Virus record (IMG/VR): IMGVR_UViG_3300005529_000040
Span: 1-60,892 of that record
Direction: 5' to 3' (one strand)
Origin: a virus
Taxonomy: Duplodnaviria > Caudoviricetes
DNA: 60,892 nucleotides
A program made the translations under genes and the position numbers. Every line of letters begins with the position of its first letter. Within the stretch, counting starts at the first letter, position 1. Below are positions 55,498-60,892 of the stretch, piece by piece. The notes under the pieces are model-generated. The model was not told the DNA's origin. It searched no databases and saw only the letters and a list, made by a program, of their open reading frames with translations.

Positions 55498-55821
55498 ATG
55501 GCAGCAGGAATCCCACAAAGGTTACTCAACAATCGTTATCGATATCGCTTGCAGAAGATTCGGCGTGAGCTAATCGCTGCTGGCGTCCCAACTCTGTACA
55601 AGCGTTATCAGTTGTTCCCAGACACAACAGGACGCAAGGACGAGAACGGATTCAACATTCGCTTTCGCACGTTACGCGCGTCCAACGGCGAAACCGCAGG
55701 CTTACTCTGCGTCACGATTCTAATTGCCGAAGGCAAGGACGAGAACTACGGTGGCGGGAATTGGGACAGTGACAAAGGCATCGCACGCATAAAAGAACTG
55801 TTCGCTTCGGAGGTGCGCTAA
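55498..55821 (+). CDS. Hypothetical early protein
   Basis: GGAGG RBS; internal GRKDENG/GKDENY repeat. Confidence 0.65.
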   Translation: MAAGIPQRLLNNRYRYRLQKIRRELIAAGVPTLYKRYQLFPDTTGRKDENGFNIRFRTLRASNGETAGLLCVTILIAEGKDENYGGGNWDSDKGIARIKELFASEVR

Positions 55822-56360
55822 TGTCCAAGCTCACGCACGACTTTCGCCCGAAGCGAATCCGGCCCGATCTTTGCGAAACGTGTGGCGGAATGAAGATCAC
55901 CGCCGAGCACGGCTATGACATGAAAGCCGAGGTCGCCAAGCAAACACTCGATCACCTCATTCGCATACAAGACGCGCTCGACGCGCTCGACGACACATCG
56001 TGCATCACGCGCGCCGATTTCGTCGAAGCCAACAAGCGCGACGTTCAGCACTTGTACGCCGCAGCATGGGAAGACGCGCGAAAGCTCGTCCGTGAGCATG
56101 GTAGCTTGCGCTCAGCGGCACAATACATCGCAAAACGCATCGACGCGTTACGTACGCCTGACTTCACTGTGCAGAATGAAGGCACCATATACCTGCTCAC
56201 GCCGCACACGGATGCGGCTCGTGAATGGGTGCAGGAACACATTGAAACCGACGACTGGTCAATAGGGCCGCAACACTTTGGAGACAGCATCGCGGTCGAC
56301 CACCGCTACATCGCGGATATCGTTCGCGGGATTCAAGCGGACGGATTGGAGGTGCGGTAA
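55821..56360 (+). CDS. Early protein with N-terminal H/C zinc knuckle
   Basis: HDF...CETCG...H; C-terminal L.P....A.EW...H domain. Confidence 0.7.
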   Translation: MSKLTHDFRPKRIRPDLCETCGGMKITAEHGYDMKAEVAKQTLDHLIRIQDALDALDDTSCITRADFVEANKRDVQHLYAAAWEDARKLVREHGSLRSAAQYIAKRIDALRTPDFTVQNEGTIYLLTPHTDAAREWVQEHIETDDWSIGPQHFGDSIAVDHRYIADIVRGIQADGLEVR

Positions 56361-56551
56361 TGTCAGCACAATTCAAGCGACTTACACTCACGTTAGTATG
56401 CAAAGCTGAAGATGTCGAGGAAATCGAGCAGTTGCTTGGCGAAGCCCTAGATGAGATACATCAGTCAGCGCCGATTTTTAGCGAGACATTTTCGTTAGGT
56501 AATGCACGTAAACCTTCGGATTACTTCTGGCTTGACGAATTGAAAGACTAA
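56360..56551 (+). CDS. Hypothetical protein
   Basis: GGAGG RBS; TAATG overlap. Confidence 0.6.
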   Translation: MSAQFKRLTLTLVCKAEDVEEIEQLLGEALDEIHQSAPIFSETFSLGNARKPSDYFWLDELKD

Positions 56552-56634
56552 CGCTTCGCATGCTGACCCGTTCAGCGGACGCGATACGCCCCTCACGCGT
56601 CGCGTCCAGTGCAACGGAACAAACGGAGGAAAAC

Positions 56635-56838
56635 ATGGCGCGCAACATAGAGTGCAGATGCACGGATCGATTCACATGCGGCTATTGTCTACGCAATAAG
56701 AAGCCGTATTTTTTCACACTGTCATCTGGTGCGGCCGTTTACGAGATACCAGTCCAACGGTCGACCACCGAGGCCGCACAGGAAGAACCGACGGAGGAAC
56801 AAGATGCACGCAGGTTACGACGCGCATTACATTCGTGA
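56635..56838 (+). CDS. Small zinc-binding protein
   Basis: CRC...FTCGYCL; GGAGG RBS. Confidence 0.6.
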   Translation: MARNIECRCTDRFTCGYCLRNKKPYFFTLSSGAAVYEIPVQRSTTEAAQEEPTEEQDARRLRRALHS

Positions 56839-57016
56839 ATTACGTCGCATTATGGTTACGCCGCAATTCGGCATTGTGGAATTGAACGGCGGACACGGTT
56901 CTTACTGGCGCACGATTGAGATCGTAACGCCACAGGGACATTACATCGAACACAACGAACTGTACAGCACAGGAGAAAGAGCATTCTCCGCAGCATGGAG
57001 GCTTGCCAATGTCTAA
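56804..57016 (+). CDS. Hypothetical protein
   Basis: GGAGG RBS. Confidence 0.55.
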   Translation: MHAGYDAHYIRELRRIMVTPQFGIVELNGGHGSYWRTIEIVTPQGHYIEHNELYSTGERAFSAAWRLANV

Positions 57017-57141
57017 TTACGCAGAGATCGAAGAACTCACGCGCCGGATCGCGGCTGAACTCGGCGCGCCGTGGAAATTCGCGCCAAACGCTGAACCATA
57101 CCCCACGCCTGACGAATTCTGCAAGCTGAACGAGGACGACA

Positions 57142-57486
57142 ATGCTTAACTCAATCTCTGACGTTGGCAAGCGCTGCCCGTCGTGCTCTGGCTTAATTGG
57201 CTACATGCACGACGAAGGCTGCCCGAATGACGTGCCAATCCTGATGAACATGTCAGACGTGTACGACACGATGCGTTACAGCAGCGTGGACGAACATTTC
57301 CTCCGCAGCCAAAGGTTCCTGGCACGCCGCGAGGCATCGCGTCAACGTCCGCTCGAAGACCAGTTCGTCGGCATGCTCAGTCCGTCAGACCTCGAGCTGT
57401 TGGCCGACATGCGTATCAGTTTATCCCCCACGCCAGAACGTCCAGCGGCACAGCTGAGAAAGGAGGACGATTCCCATGTGCTTTGA
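57142..57486 (+). CDS. Zinc-binding hypothetical protein
   Basis: CPSC...H..GCP; GAGG RBS. Confidence 0.55.
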   Translation: MLNSISDVGKRCPSCSGLIGYMHDEGCPNDVPILMNMSDVYDTMRYSSVDEHFLRSQRFLARREASRQRPLEDQFVGMLSPSDLELLADMRISLSPTPERPAAQLRKEDDSHVL

Positions 57487-57679
57487 TCCTGACTACAACA
57501 AGCGCGTCGACGAGAAGCGCGCGGACGACGAAGAGACCGACAAGAACGTGACCCGTAACGTTCGCCCGGTCGAAACGCCGGCCACTGACCGCGACCTGGT
57601 TGCTGCCTAACCGTTGCAGACCACACACGCGCGGAATCACTGTTCGCGTGTGGTCTGGAAGGGAGACGCAACACGCCCG

Positions 57680-57850
57680 ATGAAAACACAACTGACGCCT
57701 TTGTCGATCAGCGTCCTGCCCGAGACCGAGGACGCAACCAAGCTCATGGCTGCACGCGAAGGCAAAACGCTTTCCGCGTTCGTTCGTGAACTGCTCGAAG
57801 ACTTAACCGAAACCGGAGGAAGACACTCACATGGACCTAAACATGCTTGA
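57680..57850 (+). CDS. Ribbon-helix-helix (CopG-like) regulator
   Basis: LSISV.PE......AAREGKTLSAFVRELL. Confidence 0.75.
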   Translation: MKTQLTPLSISVLPETEDATKLMAAREGKTLSAFVRELLEDLTETGGRHSHGPKHA

Positions 57851-58025
57851 GATACGCATCCCCCGCGAACTAACAGCACGTTTCGCTGTGGCCATTGCGT
57901 GGAACCACTCATGCGATACGCAAGCGACATTCACGTTGGGAGCGTTCCTGCGCTTCGACCGCTCACTGCCGTGCTGGCTGTTGCACAAGAGACCGATAGA
58001 CGCCTGGAAGCTGGGAGAGAAATAA
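57831..58025 (+). CDS. Hypothetical protein
   Basis: GGAGG RBS. Confidence 0.45.
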   Translation: MDLNMLEIRIPRELTARFAVAIAWNHSCDTQATFTLGAFLRFDRSLPCWLLHKRPIDAWKLGEK

Positions 58026-58028
58026 GTC

Positions 58029-59072
58029 ATGCTGACATTCACCATGAGCCGCACCGGAACGTTCGTTGCGAACTTCACATCTGCACAGAACCAGTGCGGT
58101 GGTGAGGGGCAACAGATCTACAACTACACGGTCGAGATCACCATCGGCGAGAGCCTGGACGATCACGGATTCGTGCTCGACAACTACAAAGTCCAAGAGT
58201 ATTTCGACCGCGAGTACAAACACGTCGAAGGTGCCCGTTCCTGCGAGCGCATCGCGCAAATCGCTGTCCACGACTTCCGCAACATGCTCGAGAACCGCGG
58301 ACGCGACGTTCACAGCATCCGCGTTACGATCGCGGGTTCGTCGTTCGCTGGCCTAACCGCGACCTGGACGAAAGAGCCGACAGGCGCTCTCGTGGCCGAG
58401 ATCAATCGATCCGGCGCTGTCATTCCCGTCGACAAAGATCCGAACAAAGTGCTCACCTGGCGTTCCGAAGAAGTCTTCCCTGATGACGCGATGCGGTACA
58501 AGTTCACAGGACGACCCGCGAACAACGTCGTCGCGCTGCAGAATGTTCCTGTTCCGCCGCCACCCCCAGCGCCCCAGGCTCCTGCTCTCACACAGGCACA
58601 TGAGTTCGTCTATAACTATCCACATCACAAGTTCCAGACCTGCCGCAAGTGTCACAAGAGCGATGTGTATTGTGGCTACTCAGGTGCGAAGTGTATCCCC
58701 GTCGCTGTGCCAGCTGCGCCTGCCTCGCCAGTCTGCGATTACTGCGGGCGGGCTGTTGAACCAGACACAGCAGAGGGAAATGGTACCAAGTGGTGGGTTC
58801 ACAGTGAAGCACCTAAGTTTTATGTCTGCTCTTCTTACGAAGACAAACCGTATGACGCGCACGCCACTGTCAACGGTTCTATGCACGTTCCCAACGCCAT
58901 TCTCTGCGATCACTGCCACCAGCCAGTCGAGTCCGACAACAATGTGGGACATTGGAACGAAGGCGCACAGTGGAAGCACGTCGGACGTTCGTACGTTTGC
59001 CGCAGCAACTTAGACCTATTCGCAACGGTCAACGGGCACGAAACCGTCTCCAAATCGCAGGTGCCAGCATGA
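58029..59072 (+). CDS. Degenerate QueD/PTPS T-fold domain fused to repeated zinc-ribbon modules
   Basis: Y.VEIT...LDDHGFVLD, SCERIA, IRVTI; two C..C...W.H...YVC...ATVNG repeats. Confidence 0.6.
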   Translation: MLTFTMSRTGTFVANFTSAQNQCGGEGQQIYNYTVEITIGESLDDHGFVLDNYKVQEYFDREYKHVEGARSCERIAQIAVHDFRNMLENRGRDVHSIRVTIAGSSFAGLTATWTKEPTGALVAEINRSGAVIPVDKDPNKVLTWRSEEVFPDDAMRYKFTGRPANNVVALQNVPVPPPPPAPQAPALTQAHEFVYNYPHHKFQTCRKCHKSDVYCGYSGAKCIPVAVPAAPASPVCDYCGRAVEPDTAEGNGTKWWVHSEAPKFYVCSSYEDKPYDAHATVNGSMHVPNAILCDHCHQPVESDNNVGHWNEGAQWKHVGRSYVCRSNLDLFATVNGHETVSKSQVPA

Positions 59073-59235
59073 ACCGTTTGCGCGCCCTGCTCACACTCAT
59101 CGCTATCGTGCTCGGGCTCTGCCTGAGGCTCGACTTCGATCTGCACAGACGGATACACGGCCGCTAAAATTTCAGCATCCAAGTAGTCCTACTCCGGCGC
59201 CGGCACAGCGGCGTGGGGTGGAGGATTATAAAAAC

Positions 59236-59502
59236 ATGAAACACTCATTTGTTCCGAAATCATCTATTCCAACTATTTGCTCCTCTTGTGGCGGAATGCG
59301 TATAACAACTGATCACGGGTACGACATGATGAAAGAAGCGTCACGCGCTATCATGGACACTATACTTGATGTCCTGAAACTGGAATCCCCAGCGCGCATT
59401 CACCCGCGCTATCTACCAGAAGTTTGCGCATTACATTGCCAAAACAAACTACATTTGATAACCGCTAACCAAACAGTGATTAAGGTTACGCGAATACTGT
59501 AA
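59236..59502 (+). CDS. Paralog of the N-terminal domain of 55821-56360
   Basis: H.F.PK...C..CGGM.IT..HGYDM shared. Confidence 0.65.
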   Translation: MKHSFVPKSSIPTICSSCGGMRITTDHGYDMMKEASRAIMDTILDVLKLESPARIHPRYLPEVCALHCQNKLHLITANQTVIKVTRIL

Positions 59503-59603
59503 GCTGACGATCCGCGCCGTTCGCAATCCGCTCACGTACATCGTGAGGCATGATAATGCATCCCTCTGAGCTTGTCTCGGGGTGCGTTGCTGATGCTCCA
59601 TGA

Positions 59604-60038
59604 ATGCGGAAGTCTGCTCGGCCGGGCCGCAGGACCGCCCTGCGCGCTCTCACTCTGTGCAGCGTGACATACCCACACTCACGCGTGCGCCTCGGAACGA
59701 ACCCGGCGCTGACCAGGCGTTCAAGATCGACCAGGACGAAGGGACGAATGTCGACGCTGGCATCGGACTTCGATCACGCGACGCTCGACTACCTGCCGTT
59801 CACGTCGCTCGGTGACACAATAAAAAGCGACCAATTTGGCTCGGATGCATCTATACCCATGCAACCCAGCAACTCTGTTCTGATCGGATATCTCTGCTGT
59901 GCAGCGTCAGGCTCGAGTGGTCATCGACCACCAGTGTCCGAACCCACACACGTTTCCGACGGTGACACGATGATGATTGCATATTTGGCAACGTTCGTGC
60001 TGACAACGTTGATGTTCGTCCGCAGGAGGAAATTTTGA
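59604..60038 (+). CDS. Protein with C-terminal TM and basic tail (PEP/VPDSG-CTERM-like); start uncertain
   Basis: PTHVSDGDT, hydrophobic helix, RRRKF. Confidence 0.5.
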   Translation: MRKSARPGRRTALRALTLCSVTYPHSRVRLGTNPALTRRSRSTRTKGRMSTLASDFDHATLDYLPFTSLGDTIKSDQFGSDASIPMQPSNSVLIGYLCCAASGSSGHRPPVSEPTHVSDGDTMMIAYLATFVLTTLMFVRRRKF

Positions 60039-60153
60039 GCCAAGCGAAAGAACGCCGCGACTTACGTGCCTTGGAAATACGAAGGCCGCTGGCAACTCAA
60101 GTGCGTGGTGTTACCGCAATACTATCCGAGGCGGGTTAGCGGGGAGGTTCAAC

Positions 60154-60450
60154 GTGGAGAGTGAGACAGCGGTACAAAAGGTGCGCGAGTTACGCCAGAA
60201 ACTCAACAGACGCCTCGTGGAGGAATTCGGCCTATCTGAAGCCATCGAGCAGAACGGATCGGCGCAATACACGATGGAAGAAGCGAACGAATATTTTGAG
60301 AACCAACAGGCGATTAGCAATCTTCGGAGTTCGTATCGAGATGCCACGCCGAAACAACTTGAACCGCAGCCGTTTGATGTGTGCCCAAAATGCGGAGGGT
60401 ATCGCTACATTCATCCCTGCGGACAAATTGGCGGATTGTGCGTGAGGTGA
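60154..60450 (+). CDS. Hypothetical protein with C-terminal zinc knuckle
   Basis: GGAGG RBS; CPKC...HPC. Confidence 0.6.
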   Translation: MESETAVQKVRELRQKLNRRLVEEFGLSEAIEQNGSAQYTMEEANEYFENQQAISNLRSSYRDATPKQLEPQPFDVCPKCGGYRYIHPCGQIGGLCVR

Positions 60451-60453
60451 CTG

Positions 60454-60651
60454 ATGTCGAAGAGTGAGCCGAGCGAAGCGGAAATTCGAGAAGCATTCAC
60501 AGAGTGGGTATCTATCGGGGGCAGGAAAGACTGGTACCCACTGTTGCAATTGGCAGGAGGGGATTATTACTCGCCGCACACAGATCATGCATGGAAATGC
60601 TTTCGCGAAGGATACTTGGCGCGGTCGCAGAGATCGCAGAGGAGACGATGA
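60454..60651 (+). CDS. Hypothetical phage protein
   Basis: REAF.EW...Y...T..AW..F..G pattern. Confidence 0.6.
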   Translation: MSKSEPSEAEIREAFTEWVSIGGRKDWYPLLQLAGGDYYSPHTDHAWKCFREGYLARSQRSQRRR

Positions 60652-60892
60652 TAAGCCAAGAAGAAAATGACCAAGCCATGCGATTTGTCGGGTACATTCT
60701 CGAATCACAAAGTCCTGAGCCGGGTGATCTCGATGGCGGGGAAATTCAAGAGTTGCTCACAAAATGCGGCTTCTTAAAAGAGACCGCAGTCACAGAACCA
60801 TGCGACCCAGAGAATTGCACGTGCGCGGAATTCGGGATGCCAACAACTTGCTATCGGTGGACAGATTTGGCGCGAAAAGCCAGAGATGTCGC
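60648..60892 (+). CDS. Cys-rich hypothetical protein, runs off the window end (closes at 38-40 if circular)
   Basis: DLDGGEIQE...G.L...V.EPC...C.CAE...CY. Confidence 0.6.
   Translation, partial: MISQEENDQAMRFVGYILESQSPEPGDLDGGEIQELLTKCGFLKETAVTEPCDPENCTCAEFGMPTTCYRWTDLARKARDV

Larger units (their letters stand above)
1..60892. mobile_element. Temperate podovirus-like bacteriophage genome, probably complete and circular
   Basis: Integrase, TerL, portal, capsid, ejection-type proteins, PolA and lysis genes are present. No host housekeeping genes and no tape measure or sheath gene seen. Confidence 0.93.

Noticed and set aside
58029-58400. Functional 7-deazaguanine DNA modification cluster
   Set aside because: The QueD-like domain lacks catalytic residues and there is no folE, queE, queC or dpdA.
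59503-59560. Hammerhead ribozyme (CTGACGA)
   Set aside because: No stem II followed by GAAA can be found.
1-60892. CRISPR array or Cas operon suggested by the Cas4-like and HD genes
   Set aside because: No repeat-spacer array is visible, and both genes sit in a normal phage recombination context.
1-60892. Frequent CGATCG/TCGA as a HIP1-like signal
   Set aside because: Plausibly explained by ATC, GAT and TCG codon usage; I could not show enrichment by eye.

Overview
The whole window looks like one temperate, podovirus-like dsDNA phage genome. It is probably complete and circular: the last ORF reads through the 60892/1 junction to a stop at 38-40. Layout: (1) an attP-like tRNA 5'-fragment, tyrosine integrase and Xis-like HTH (1-2.2 kb); (2) a rightward recombination, replication and nucleotide-metabolism arm (2.4-22.9 kb) with a permuted Cas4/AddB-like nuclease, HD hydrolase, Sak4-like ATPase, UvrD helicase, HAD, UDG, MazG, PolA, primase-polymerase, JAB protease, phosphoesterases, NDT, a dNTP diphosphohydrolase and four HNH/EndoVII nucleases; (3) a leftward late arm (54.8-22.9 kb) with TerS, TerL, portal, scaffold, capsid, adaptor, tail, ejection proteins and a Tlde1-type lysis cassette; (4) a divergent control/packaging region near 55 kb; (5) small early genes. 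The strongest unexplained signal is the quasi-palindrome CTGCACAG/CTGTGCAG: I count 64 copies by eye against about 2 expected, mostly written into codons. A one-base variant of it sits just upstream of the -35 box of the strongest promoters, and I see no CI-type repressor. Other highlights are the circularly permuted nuclease, small proteins sharing a C-terminal G-[LF]-x-x-V-[RK] tag, a multi-enzyme ejected protein, a degenerate QueD fusion and an atypical PolA motif B. All calls come from motif recognition by eye and no database searches were run. The host is probably Gram-negative (possibly Acidobacteriota), which is a weak inference.
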